From positions 2,304,237 through 2,368,236 of the forward strand of contig JBBCGQ010000001.1 of the NCBI GenBank assembly GCA_037200845.1: DNA of 64,000 bases. The letters run 5' to 3'. Below the pieces are notes generated by a model. That model was not told the origin of the DNA. It saw nothing but the letters and a program-made list of their open reading frames with translations, and made no database searches. Source of the stretch: Bauldia sp. GTDB lineage: Bacteria > Pseudomonadota > Alphaproteobacteria > Rhizobiales > Kaistiaceae. Positions 27,429 to 36,967 of this stretch are shown here, piece after piece (the first letter of the stretch is position 1; every line of letters starts with the position of its first letter). A program made the translations under genes and the position numbers.

Positions 27429-28175
27429 TCAGCGTTTGGACAGGCCGGCGCGAACCTCGGCGAGCATCGCCTTGACGGCAGTCTCCGCCTCGGAAAGCCG
27501 CGCCTCATCGCGCGAACGCAGCACCAGCGACGTCGTAAAGCCGACGCCTTCCTGAAAGCCGGGATAGCTGCCCATTGCTACGTCGGGGAATTTCGCCTGC
27601 ACCGCGCCGAAGGCTGAGGCGATGTCACCCTCCTTGAGCCCGGCGTCGATCGAGACGGAATGCATCTTCGCGCCCGTCGGTAGGCTCGGCGCCAGCGCGT
27701 CGAGCATCGCGTGCATGATCGACGGGACGCCGGCCATGACGTGCACGTTGCCGATGGTGAAGCCTGGCGCTTTCGACACGGAATTGGCGATCAGCGATGC
27801 GCCCGCGGGAATGCGCGCCATGCGCAGGCGCGCCTCGTTGAGATCGGCCTCGGCGATGCGCTCGCGCAGCATCGCGCGCGCCCGCGGATCGACGTCGATG
27901 GTCGCGCCGAACGCCTTGGCGATCGCGTCGGCGGTGATGTCGTCGTGCGTCGGCCCGATGCCGCCGGTGGTGAAGACGTGGTCGTAGCGCGAGCGCAGCG
28001 CATTCACCGCCGCGACGATCTCCGCCTCGACGTCGGGCACGACGCGCACCTCGCGGAGGTCGATGCCGATCGCGGTCAGGTACTCGGCGATGTAGCCGAT
28101 GTTCTTGTCCTTGGTCCGGCCGGACAGGATCTCGTCGCCGATGACGAGGATCGCGGCGGTGACGATCGTTGTCAT
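27429..28175 (-). CDS. CinA-like molybdopterin-binding (MoCF_biosynth) domain protein
   Basis: AAILVIGDEILSGRTKDKNIGYIAEYL ... FTTGGIGPTHDDIT. ATG overlaps the upstream gene stop (ATGA). Confidence 0.85.
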   Translation of the reverse strand: MTTIVTAAILVIGDEILSGRTKDKNIGYIAEYLTAIGIDLREVRVVPDVEAEIVAAVNALRSRYDHVFTTGGIGPTHDDITADAIAKAFGATIDVDPRARAMLRERIAEADLNEARLRMARIPAGASLIANSVSKAPGFTIGNVHVMAGVPSIMHAMLDALAPSLPTGAKMHSVSIDAGLKEGDIASAFGAVQAKFPDVAMGSYPGFQEGVGFTTSLVLRSRDEARLSEAETAVKAMLAEVRAGLSKR

Positions 28176-29563
28176 GGCACCTCGTCCACGCCGATCAGGG
28201 TGAACCGACGCTCCGCGGACCCGAGGTAATAGTCGTTGATGCTGGCAGCGATCGCCGCGAGCGCCGCCGCCCCGTCGCCCGCGGCTAGTTCGTCGGCGCC
28301 GCACGGCGCGTCAGGATACGCGTCCTTGCACGACGCGACACCTTCCTCGGCACTGGATGCGGCGGCGGAAACGACGCCGGAGACGACGCTGACGTCGGAC
28401 GGATCGTCATCCGAGACGTAGTCGAACGCCAGGCCGAGATTGGCCTCGGCATCTTCCGCCTTCCTGTCGGCCAGATCGACGAGGCCGCGGAGCGCGAGGT
28501 AGGTGACGTTGTCCGGCTCGTCGGCGAGTGCGTCGTCGAGCACCTTTGCCGCTTCGTCGATCTCGCCGCGCTGCAGGTGCGCCTGCGCCAGCAGAGCGCG
28601 CGCGGCCGCCGGGTCGGGGCCGTCGTCGGCAGGGCGCGCGACGCCGTAGCCGACGCGCGCAATCAGGTGCTCCGCCTCCGTGATGCCCGCCCAGGCGTCG
28701 TCATTGTGGATGAAGGCGAGGATGCGTTTCACCTGCGCCTCGTATCTTTCCTCCGGCGTGATCAGGCCGGAGAGAATCTGGTCGCAGCCGACTCCGGCGT
28801 ATTGCGGCTCCGGCGCGTCGCAATCGTTCCACGCGCCGGGGGCTTCCTCGCGGCTCATGCGGCGCACGTCGCGGCGCAAGAACTCGCCGAGGATGCTGGA
28901 GACGAGATCGGCGGCGGCGTGCTCCTTGCCGTAGAGCGGCAGCGCGGCGGCGCCGCATTCGGCCTGCGGGAAATACTTCTTGCACTGGGCGACGGCAGCC
29001 ACCGGATCCGCGACCCATTGTTCGGCGAGCGATTTCAACGCCACAAGCGTCCCGTCTTTCGGCGCCTTCGCCAGCAGCGCGGCGGCCTCGCCGCCCGCCT
29101 GCCCGGCACCGCCGGCGGCGAAATGCGCGAACGCCGTCAGCAGCGGTGCGCGGGCGTTGGCCGGGTCGGTCGCAGCGACGGTGCCGAGAAGATCGAGGGC
29201 CTTTGCCGGGTCGCTGTTGCGCAGGTAGGCGACGGCATATTGCGCGAGGAAATCGGCGTATTCGGCGTCCGGCGGCGAGGCACCGCCGTCCTTTTCGACC
29301 TCGCCCAGCGCGGCGTCGAATTCCACCATCGCGTACTTCAGGTTGTCGCCGCCGCGGCCGAGTTCCGCGTCCGCCTCCGCCGCGTGCAGGCGGAACAGCT
29401 CGATCGCCGACCGCTCGCTGCCGTCCTGCAGCGCCGCGGTGCACGCCTCGACGGCGAAGCGCGGATCGGCGGAGAGGCAGTCGTCCTCGACCGCCGTCCC
29501 GGCATGGGCGCCGGCCGAGGCAAGCAGGATCAGGCCAAGGGACAGCAGGATCGGGCGGTACAA
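28172..29563 (-). CDS. secreted hypothetical protein with internal duplication and four Cys pairs (TPR-like helical)
   Basis: Signal peptide MYRPILLSLGLILLASAGAHA. Each ~230-aa half starts with C-x11-C and ends with C-x8-C (CKKYFPQAEC / CKDAYPDAPC). Confidence 0.7.
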   Translation of the reverse strand: MYRPILLSLGLILLASAGAHAGTAVEDDCLSADPRFAVEACTAALQDGSERSAIELFRLHAAEADAELGRGGDNLKYAMVEFDAALGEVEKDGGASPPDAEYADFLAQYAVAYLRNSDPAKALDLLGTVAATDPANARAPLLTAFAHFAAGGAGQAGGEAAALLAKAPKDGTLVALKSLAEQWVADPVAAVAQCKKYFPQAECGAAALPLYGKEHAAADLVSSILGEFLRRDVRRMSREEAPGAWNDCDAPEPQYAGVGCDQILSGLITPEERYEAQVKRILAFIHNDDAWAGITEAEHLIARVGYGVARPADDGPDPAAARALLAQAHLQRGEIDEAAKVLDDALADEPDNVTYLALRGLVDLADRKAEDAEANLGLAFDYVSDDDPSDVSVVSGVVSAAASSAEEGVASCKDAYPDAPCGADELAAGDGAAALAAIAASINDYYLGSAERRFTLIGVDEVP

Positions 29564-29641
29564 GGGAGGCTCCTTTCGGGGAAGCAGGGCGGCGACTCTA
29601 TGCTATCCCCTTCCCGCCCGTCACCTCGCTGGCGCCGTCCG

Positions 29642-30346
29642 ATGCGCTTCTCCCCACCCTTGACCGAAGCCACCCTGGTGCGGCGCTACAAGCGGTTCTT
29701 CGCCGACGTCCAGTTCGCCGACGGCAGCTTTGCCACGGCGCACATCGCCAACCCGGGCGCCATGCTGGGGCTGAACACGCCGGGCCTCCGGGTCTGGGTC
29801 GAGAAGGTCGTCAGCAAGACGCGGAAGCTGCCGTGGTCGCTGGAGATCGTGGAACAGGACGGCGCGCTGGTCGGCGTCAACGCCTCCCGGCCGAACAACC
29901 TGGTCGCCGAGGCCTTGGCGCTGGGCGGCATCGCGGAGTTTGCAGGCTACGACGTCATCCGCCGCGAGGTGCGCTACGGCACCAACTCCCGCATCGATTT
30001 TCTGCTCGCCGGGGCCGGCAAGCCCGACGCCTACGTCGAGGTGAAGAACGTCCATTTCTCCCGCGCCAAGGGCCGGGCGGAATTCCCGGATTCGGTCACC
30101 GAGCGCGGCGCCAAGCACCTCCGCGAGCTGGCGGCCATGAAGGCGGCCGGCCACCGCGCCGCTATGCTCTATCTCGTCCAGCGCGACGATACGGCCGCCA
30201 TGTCGATCTCCCGCGACCTCGACCCGGCCTATGGCGCGGCTTTTGACGATGCCCGACGCGCCGGCGTCGAGATGCTGGCCTACCAATGCCGCCTTTCGGT
30301 TGAGGAAATCGCCGTCACTACCCCGCTGCCGGTGCTGCTCGTCTGA
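29642..30346 (+). CDS. sfsA: DNA/RNA nuclease SfsA (sugar fermentation stimulation protein homolog)
   Basis: LVRRYKRFFADV ... SRIDFLL ... VEVKNV ... PDSVTERGAKHLREL pattern. Confidence 0.9.
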   Translation: MRFSPPLTEATLVRRYKRFFADVQFADGSFATAHIANPGAMLGLNTPGLRVWVEKVVSKTRKLPWSLEIVEQDGALVGVNASRPNNLVAEALALGGIAEFAGYDVIRREVRYGTNSRIDFLLAGAGKPDAYVEVKNVHFSRAKGRAEFPDSVTERGAKHLRELAAMKAAGHRAAMLYLVQRDDTAAMSISRDLDPAYGAAFDDARRAGVEMLAYQCRLSVEEIAVTTPLPVLLV

Positions 30347-30388
30347 CGCTTGCGTGGCAGGCCCAAAGTCGCCATATCCTTGGGGATC

Positions 30389-31216
30389 ATGACCAGCTAC
30401 GTCGAAGCCGCCCTCGCCCCCGTCCGCAATGACGGGCAGATCAAGTTGCATAACGCCGCCGATTTCGCCGGCATGCGCCGTGCCGGCCGTCTGGTCGCCG
30501 AATGCCTCGACGCGGTCGAGGCGATCATCGAGCCCGGCCTGCCGACCATCGAGATCGACAAGTTCATCTACGACTTCGCCCTCGCCCATAGCGCCCTGCC
30601 GGCGACGCTCGGCTACAAGGGCTACATGAATTCGACGTGCGTCTCGACCAACCACGTCGTCTGCCACGGCATCCCGAGCGAGAAGCCGCTGCGCGACGGC
30701 GACATCGCCAACATCGACGTGACGCTGATCGTCGACGGCTGGCATGGCGACTCCAGCCGCACGGTCCAGGTTGGCGACGTGAAGCGCGCCGCCGAGCGCC
30801 TCGTCGACGTCACCTACGAGGCGATGATGCGCGGCATCGCGGCGGTGAAGCCCGGCAACACCACCGGCGACATCGGCTTCGCCATCCAGGAATACGCCGA
30901 GGGCGAGCGCTGCTCGGTCGTGCGCGATTTCTGCGGCCACGGCGTCGGCCGCGTCTTCCACGACGTGCCGAACATCCTCCATTACGGCAGCCCGCGGGAT
31001 GGCGTCGTCTTGAAGCCGGGCATGATCTTTACCGTCGAGCCGATGATCAATCTCGGCCGTCCGCACGTGAAGGTGCTCGCCGACGGGTGGACCGCGGTCA
31101 CCCGCGATCGCTCGCTGTCGGCGCAGTTCGAGCACACCGTCGGCGTCACCGAGACCGGCCACGAGGTCTTCACGCTGTCGCCGAAGCATGCGGAGATCGA
31201 CCGCACGAGCGCATGA
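30389..31216 (+). CDS. map: type I methionine aminopeptidase
   Basis: VCHGIP, DIVNIDVT-like [27 protein letters not shown] metal-ligand motifs. Confidence 0.95.
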   Translation: MTSYVEAALAPVRNDGQIKLHNAADFAGMRRAGRLVAECLDAVEAIIEPGLPTIEIDKFIYDFALAHSALPATLGYKGYMNSTCVSTNHVVCHGIPSEKPLRDGDIANIDVTLIVDGWHGDSSRTVQVGDVKRAAERLVDVTYEAMMRGIAAVKPGNTTGDIGFAIQEYAEGERCSVVRDFCGHGVGRVFHDVPNILHYGSPRDGVVLKPGMIFTVEPMINLGRPHVKVLADGWTAVTRDRSLSAQFEHTVGVTETGHEVFTLSPKHAEIDRTSA

Positions 31217-31929
31217 GCGGCCTTGAGGATAAGGGCGGCATGCAGCCGGCGGAAACCGCGGCGCCGCACTTTCACGGCCACCGCGAGCGGCTGAAGACGC
31301 GCTTCCGCGAGGCCGGCGACTCGCTCGCCGACTACGAGTTCCTCGAGCTCCTGCTGTTCCAGGCCGTGCCGCGGCGGGACACCAAGCCGCTCGCCAAGAC
31401 CCTCCTCACCCGCTTCGGCAGCTTCTCCGAGGTGCTCGCCGCGCCGGAAGCGCAACTGCGCGAGATCGACGGCATCGGCGACGGCGTCATCCACCTGCTC
31501 AAGCTAGTGAAGACGGCGGCGCAGCGCTTTGCGCGCGACAAGATCACGGAGCGGCCGCTGCTTGGTTCGTGGAAATCGGTCATCGACTACTGCAAGGCCG
31601 CGATGGCCTTCGAGCCGATCGAACACTTCCGCGTTCTCTTCCTGAATAAGAAAAACCAGCTAATAGCCGACGAAGTTCAGCAGCGCGGAACCGTCGATCA
31701 CACGCCCGTTTACCCCCGCGAAGTGGTCAAACGGGCATTGGAACTTTCTGCAACCGCCATCATTCTTGTTCACAATCACCCCTCAGGCGATCCCACGCCT
31801 TCGACCGCCGACATCCAGATGACGCGGCAGGTCGTCGATACGGCTAAGCCATTGGGAATTATGGTTCATGACCACATCATCGTCGGAAAGGGCGGCCACG
31901 CGAGCTTTCGGGGGCTAAAGCTGATCTGA
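31213..31929 (+). CDS. radC: RadC-family JAB/MPN domain protein
   Basis: [11 protein letters not shown]-terminus, HhH region, JAMM motif [21 protein letters not shown] overlaps the map stop (ATGA). The 3' half is only ~50-55% GC. Confidence 0.9.
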   Translation: MSGLEDKGGMQPAETAAPHFHGHRERLKTRFREAGDSLADYEFLELLLFQAVPRRDTKPLAKTLLTRFGSFSEVLAAPEAQLREIDGIGDGVIHLLKLVKTAAQRFARDKITERPLLGSWKSVIDYCKAAMAFEPIEHFRVLFLNKKNQLIADEVQQRGTVDHTPVYPREVVKRALELSATAIILVHNHPSGDPTPSTADIQMTRQVVDTAKPLGIMVHDHIIVGKGGHASFRGLKLI

Positions 31930-31951
31930 GGCCGCAGGGGCCTTGGCTTTC

Positions 31952-31994
31952 CGTCACATAGGCGTCACATAGTCTTGCTTTTGGGGTCACAAAT
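31952..31994 (+). promoter_or_regulatory. Pho-box-like phased direct repeats upstream of the GT21 gene
   Basis: CGTCACATAG at 31952-31961 and again at 31963-31972 (11-bp period). A third GTCACA starts at 31986, 22 bp after the second copy. Resembles CTGTCA(T/C)-N4-CTGTCA(T/C). Confidence 0.4.
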
Positions 31995-32014
31995 GAAAGA
32001 CATTGTGCACCGCA

Positions 32015-33313
32015 ATGACGCTCACTGATCTGATTCTCTTCTGCTTGGTCGTCGCGGCGTCAGCCCATTTCATCAGCATTGCCGTGCTGGTGGCGCGGTC
32101 TTATCTGAAGCCGCCGAAGCAAGCCCTTAACCGCCCCCCGGTGACGATCCTTCGTCCCGCCTGCGGCATCGAGAATCATATCGAGCGCACGCTCGAGTCG
32201 GCTTTCTTCATCGACTATCCGGAATTCGAGATCGTCTTCTGCGTCCAGCGCGAGAACGATCCGATCATCGCCGTGATCGAACGCATCATGGCGCGGCACC
32301 CGGGCGTGCCGTCGCGCCTGCTGATCGGCGACGACCGCATCAGCATGAACCCCAAGCTCAACAACCTGGTGAAGGGCTGGCGCGAGGCGAAGCACGAGTG
32401 GATCGTCATGACCGACTCCAACGTGCTGCTGACGCCCGACTACATCGACACGCTGCTCGCCCGCTGGACCCCCGGCGTCGGTCTCGTCTGCTCGCCGCCG
32501 GTCGGCACCGAGCCGGACGGCGTCGGCGCCGAACTCGAGTGCGCCTTCCTCAACACGTATCAGGCGCGCTGGCAGCTCACCGCCGACGTCTTCGCCATGG
32601 CCTTCGCCCAGGGCAAGACGATCTTCTGGCGCCGCGCCGATCTCGACAACGCCGGCGGCATCGCAGCGCTCGCCTCCGAGCCCGCCGAAGACGCGGCCGC
32701 GACCAAGGTCGTGCGCAACGCCGGCTATCGCGTCCGCCTCGTGCGCAATCCGTGGCCGCAGCCGCTCGGCTACCGCGCCGTCCGCGATATCTGGAACCGT
32801 CAGCTCCGCTGGGCGCGTCTCCGTCGCGCCACCTTCGCACCGCTCTATGCGCTGGAGATCGTATCCGGCGGCTTCCTGCCGCTGACCATGGCGGCGATCG
32901 TGATCGCGCTGGGCCCCGCCACATGGCCGGGCCTCGTCATGCTGTTCATCGCGTGGTACGCGGCCGAATTGCTGCTCGCCTCGCGCATGGGCTGGCCGAT
33001 CTCGCCGCGCATTGCGCTGATGATGTTCGTCCGCGACCTGGCGCTGCCCGCCCTCTGGGTCGCCGGCTGGACCGGCAACACCTTCGTCTGGCGCGGCAAC
33101 GCGATGGACATGAAGACCAGCCAGCTTGCTGCCGCCGCGCCCGAGGTGCCGACGCGGACGCTGGCCGATCACGCGCTGGCGCTGCGCATCCGCGGCGCCC
33201 GCGCCATCCGTTCGTTCCGTGCCTTCGGGACTCCCCGCGCCGTCGGGGCCCGTAGCCTTCGCCCGAGTCCGTTGCAACGCTGGACCTGGAAGACTGGGAA
33301 CAAGACACGATGA
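32015..33313 (+). CDS. GT21-family (ceramide glucosyltransferase-like) membrane glycosyltransferase
   Basis: PPVTILRPACGIE ... IVMTDSNV ... QLRWARLRR (Q/RxxRW-like) with N- and C-terminal TM segments. ATG at 32015 (TTG at 32003 also possible). Confidence 0.8.
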   Translation: MTLTDLILFCLVVAASAHFISIAVLVARSYLKPPKQALNRPPVTILRPACGIENHIERTLESAFFIDYPEFEIVFCVQRENDPIIAVIERIMARHPGVPSRLLIGDDRISMNPKLNNLVKGWREAKHEWIVMTDSNVLLTPDYIDTLLARWTPGVGLVCSPPVGTEPDGVGAELECAFLNTYQARWQLTADVFAMAFAQGKTIFWRRADLDNAGGIAALASEPAEDAAATKVVRNAGYRVRLVRNPWPQPLGYRAVRDIWNRQLRWARLRRATFAPLYALEIVSGGFLPLTMAAIVIALGPATWPGLVMLFIAWYAAELLLASRMGWPISPRIALMMFVRDLALPALWVAGWTGNTFVWRGNAMDMKTSQLAAAAPEVPTRTLADHALALRIRGARAIRSFRAFGTPRAVGARSLRPSPLQRWTWKTGNKTR

Positions 33314-34119
33314 ACGCCATCGCCCCCGCCCGCACCCACCGCACGCTGTTCGTCTCCGACATGCATCTCGGCACCAGAGGGTGCCAGGTCGGGCAGCTCC
33401 TGCACTTCCTCGCCAGCCATGAGGCTGAGACGATCTACCTGGTCGGCGACATCATCGATGCCTGGCGGCTGGACGTGCGCTGGTACTGGCCGGACGAGCA
33501 CAACGCCGTCCTCCGCCTCCTGAAGCGCAAGGCCGAGCAGGGCACGCGCATCGTCTACCTGCCCGGCAACCACGACGAATTCGCCCGCCAGTACATCGGC
33601 TCGAAGAGCGAGGCGCTGGAGATCCACGACAGCGTCATCCACCAGGCCGCCGACGGCAAGCGCTACCTCGTCGTCCACGGCGACTGCTTCGACCCGATCC
33701 AGTCGAAGGCGCGCTGGCTGGCCTTCCTCGGCGACAACGCCTATGTCGCCGCGCTCGCCATCAACACCGTCGTCAATCGCGTCGGCCGCGCCTTCGGCAT
33801 GCCCTACTGGTCGTTCTCCAACTGGGCCAAGATGCGGGTGAAGGGCGCCGTCAATTTCATCGGCCACTACGAGGCAAGCCTCGTCGCGGCCGCCCGCGAG
33901 AACGACGTCGACGGCGTCGTCTGCGGCCACATCCACCGCGCCGCCGCCCACGACGAGTTCGGCCTGCGCTATGTCAACTGCGGCGACTGGGTGGAAAGCT
34001 GCACCGCCGCGGTCGAGCACGATGACGGCCGCATCGAGATCATCGGCTGGGCCAACCTCGAGCCGGAAGCCGTCCAGCCGGACGTCGAAGACGGCGAGAG
34101 CGAGCAGGCGATCGCGTAG
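33310..34119 (+). CDS. LpxH/PlcP-family metallophosphoesterase
   Basis: VSDMHLG, VGDIID, PGNHDE, VVHGD, CGHIH metal-binding motifs. ATG overlaps the GT21 stop (ATGA). Confidence 0.8.
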   Translation: MNAIAPARTHRTLFVSDMHLGTRGCQVGQLLHFLASHEAETIYLVGDIIDAWRLDVRWYWPDEHNAVLRLLKRKAEQGTRIVYLPGNHDEFARQYIGSKSEALEIHDSVIHQAADGKRYLVVHGDCFDPIQSKARWLAFLGDNAYVAALAINTVVNRVGRAFGMPYWSFSNWAKMRVKGAVNFIGHYEASLVAAARENDVDGVVCGHIHRAAAHDEFGLRYVNCGDWVESCTAAVEHDDGRIEIIGWANLEPEAVQPDVEDGESEQAIA

Positions 34120-34137
34120 GCAAGCAGGGAGGCGAGA

Positions 34138-34283
34138 CACCCCTCCCCCAAACCGCCTGCGGCGGTTTGACCCTCCCACAACGGGAGGGTTCATCTTGCT
34201 GAAACAGCGTGCTGCAACAAACGCCGCTTGAGCCCTCCCCTTGTGGGAGGGACAAAACCGCATCGCGGTTTTGGGGAGGGGTG
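34138..34283. repeat. 146-bp palindromic element, family C
   Basis: CACCCCTCCCCCAAACCGC ... GCGGTTTTGGGGAGGGGTG with the same architecture as 379-514. Confidence 0.8.
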
Positions 34284-34304
34284 TTCCTCCTCCGTGCAAT
34301 GCCG

Positions 34305-34385
34305 CAACCCTCACCCTCCGCCTCTGGTTCGCTTCGCTCGCAAGAGGCGAAGCCCTCTCCCCTTTGGGGAGAGGACGGTGGAGCT
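34305..34385. repeat. family D hairpin repeat (…CGCTTCGCTCGCAAGAGGCGAAGCCCTCTCCCCTTTGGGGAGAGGAC…)
   Basis: Near-copy of 24316-24370. Confidence 0.7.
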
Positions 34386-34457
34386 GGCGTTCTTCTTGCA
34401 CGGCCTTCCGCCAAGTCCGTAGGATGACTCCGGGCGAGTTCAGGTAAGCTGCTGCCG

Positions 34458-35876
34458 ATGCCGACTGCCTTCAACGAGATGTTCGCCGAGTCGGGCGCCC
34501 CCCGCGCCGGCTACGAGTTCCTCCAGCGCTGGCTGGCCTCGACGCCCGCCGACCTGCTTTCCCACCGCCGCACCGAGGCCGAGCTGCTCTTCCGCCGCAT
34601 CGGCATCACCTTCGCCGTCTACGGCAACGCCGACGGCGAGGAGCGCATCATTCCGTTCGACATCGTGCCGCGCGTGCTCACCAAGGCCGAGTGGCAGCGC
34701 CTGTCGCGCGGGCTGGAGCAGCGGGTGAAGGCGCTGAACGCGTTCCTCGCCGACGTCTACGGCAGGGCCGAGATCATCGCCGCCGGCAAGGTGCCCGCCG
34801 ACCTCATCTACCGCAACCCGTACTTCCGGCCCGAGATGGCCGGCGTGAAGCTGCCGCACGACATCTACGTCATGATCGCCGGCATCGACGTGGTGCGCGT
34901 CGACGACCAGGACTTCTACGTGCTGGAAGACAACGCCCGCACGCCCTCCGGCGTCTCCTACATGCTGGAGAACCGCGAAGTGATGATGCGGCTGTTCCCC
35001 GATCTCTTCGCGGTCAACCGCATCGCGCCGGTGGAAAATTATCCGGAGGAACTGCTCGCCACGCTGAAGTCGGTGGCGCCGCATTCCGCCCCCGACGACC
35101 CGACGGTCGCGCTGCTGACGCCCGGCCCGTACAACAGCGCCTACTACGAGCATTCGTTCCTCGCCGACAAGCTCGGCATCGAGCTGGTCGAGGGCCGCGA
35201 TCTTCTCATCCGCGACAACATCGTCTGGATGCGCACCACCGAGGGACCGAAACGCGTCGACGTGCTCTACCGCCGCCTCGACGACGACTTCCTCGATCCC
35301 CTCACCTTCCGCCCGGATTCGACGCTGGGCGTCCCCGGCCTGATGAACGCCTACCGCTCCGGCAACATCTCGCTCGCCAACGCCGTCGGCACCGGCGTCG
35401 CCGACGACAAGGCCGTGTACTCGTACATGCCCGAGATCGTGCGTTTCTATCTGGGCGAGGAGCCGATCCTGAAAAACGTGCCGACCTGGCGCTGCCGCGA
35501 GAAAGACTCGCTGGCTTACGTGCTCGAGCATCTGCACGAGCTGGTGGTCAAGGAAGTCTCTGGCTCCGGCGGCTACGGCATGCTGATCGGGCCGACCGCC
35601 GACGCCGAGACCCGCCGCGACTTCGCTCTGAAGCTGAAGGCGAACCCGGACGACTTCATCGCCCAGCCGACGCTGGCGCTGTCGACCTCGCCGACCTTCG
35701 TCAATGCCGGCATCGCGCCGCGCCACGTCGACCTCCGTCCGTTCGTCCTCTCGGGCGGCGACAAGGTGCGCATCGTCCCCGGCGGCCTGACGCGCGTCGC
35801 GCTCAAGGAAGGATCGCTGGTGGTGAACTCGAGCCAGGGCGGCGGGACCAAGGATACCTGGGTGCTGGACGCATGA
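34458..35876 (+). CDS. circularly permuted type-2 ATP-grasp protein (Anbu-system component)
   Basis: 472 aa. FRRIGITFAVYG, YVLEDNARTPSGVSYMLENR, ANAVGTGVADDKAVY and GGLTRVAL...VVNSSQGGGTKDTWV match the CP_ATPgrasp_2 family as I recall it. Confidence 0.85.
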   Translation: MPTAFNEMFAESGAPRAGYEFLQRWLASTPADLLSHRRTEAELLFRRIGITFAVYGNADGEERIIPFDIVPRVLTKAEWQRLSRGLEQRVKALNAFLADVYGRAEIIAAGKVPADLIYRNPYFRPEMAGVKLPHDIYVMIAGIDVVRVDDQDFYVLEDNARTPSGVSYMLENREVMMRLFPDLFAVNRIAPVENYPEELLATLKSVAPHSAPDDPTVALLTPGPYNSAYYEHSFLADKLGIELVEGRDLLIRDNIVWMRTTEGPKRVDVLYRRLDDDFLDPLTFRPDSTLGVPGLMNAYRSGNISLANAVGTGVADDKAVYSYMPEIVRFYLGEEPILKNVPTWRCREKDSLAYVLEHLHELVVKEVSGSGGYGMLIGPTADAETRRDFALKLKANPDDFIAQPTLALSTSPTFVNAGIAPRHVDLRPFVLSGGDKVRIVPGGLTRVALKEGSLVVNSSQGGGTKDTWVLDA

Positions 35877-35904
35877 GGTGGGTGGCGCATCCGCTGCGCT
35901 GCGG

Positions 35905-36010
35905 TGCTCGCCCGTTCACGGGGGAGCTGTCGGCGAAGCCGACTGAGGGGGCCGGCCCCCTCCACCATGCTGCGCATGGTCCCCCTCCCCCGCTTTGCGG
36001 GGGAGGATCA
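35905..36010. repeat. cluster of short GC-rich hairpins inside the Anbu operon spacer
   Basis: GAGGGGGCCGGCCCCCTC, ACCATGCTGCGCATGGT and TCCCCCGCTTTGCGGGGGA hairpins in a row. Confidence 0.65.
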
Positions 36011-36024
36011 ACCAGGACAGCACC

Positions 36025-36963
36025 ATGCTGAGCCGCACCGCCGATGCCCTGTTCTGGCTGGCGCGCTATGTCGAGCGCGCCGACAACACGGCGCGCATCA
36101 TCGACGCCGCCTCGCGCCTTGCCGCGATGCCGATTTCCTACGCCGGCGAATCGAACGAGTGGGAGTCGGCGCTCGCCGCCGCCGGCGCGCTGCATCTCTT
36201 CGGCGAGCGCACCGCCGACCGCGACACGGTCATCGACTTTCTCGCCTTCTCCGCCGACAACCCGTCGAGCATCAAGAATTGCCTGGGCACCGCGCGCCAC
36301 AACAGCCGCGCCGAGCGCACCGCGCTCACCGCCGATATGTGGGAGGCGATCAACGCCGGCTGGCTGGAGCTGAAACGCTTCGACGGCGCCCGCATGGACC
36401 GCGACACGCTCACCCAGTTCCTCGGCCGCGTGAAGGACGCCTGCCTGCTTTTCGACGGCGCCGCCTATCGCACGATGCTCAGGAACGACGCGTATTTCTT
36501 CCTGCGCCTCGGCGTCTATCTCGAGCGCGCCGACTCCACCGCCCGCATTCTCGACGTGAAATATCACCTGCTGCTGCCGGAAGGCGCCAGCGTCGGCGGC
36601 GGCCTCGATTATTTCCAGTGGGCGTCGATCCTGCGCTCGGTCTCGTCGCTGACCGCGTACCGCTGGGTCTATCACGAGAGCCTGAAGCCGTGGCTGATCG
36701 CCGACCTGCTCGTGCTGAAGGAGCAGATGCCGCGCTCGCTCGCCTCCTGCTACGAGAATCTCTGCGCCTTCCTCGACGAACTGTCGCTCGCCTACGGCCG
36801 TCAGGGCCCGGCGCAGCGCGTCGCGCGCTCGATCCGCACGCGGCTACAGAATGCCTCGATCTCGGACATCTTCCAGAAGAAGGGCCTGCACGAGTTCCTG
36901 ACCGAGTTCATCGCCGACAACGGCCGCCTCGGCAACGCCATCACCGAGCAGTACCTGACCTGA
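36025..36963 (+). CDS. alpha-E domain protein (Anbu-system component)
   Basis: MLSRTADALFWLARYVERADNTARIIDA is the canonical alpha-E N-terminus. The track start at 35995 lies in the repeat. Confidence 0.85.
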   Translation: MLSRTADALFWLARYVERADNTARIIDAASRLAAMPISYAGESNEWESALAAAGALHLFGERTADRDTVIDFLAFSADNPSSIKNCLGTARHNSRAERTALTADMWEAINAGWLELKRFDGARMDRDTLTQFLGRVKDACLLFDGAAYRTMLRNDAYFFLRLGVYLERADSTARILDVKYHLLLPEGASVGGGLDYFQWASILRSVSSLTAYRWVYHESLKPWLIADLLVLKEQMPRSLASCYENLCAFLDELSLAYGRQGPAQRVARSIRTRLQNASISDIFQKKGLHEFLTEFIADNGRLGNAITEQYLT

Positions 36964-36967
36964 CATC

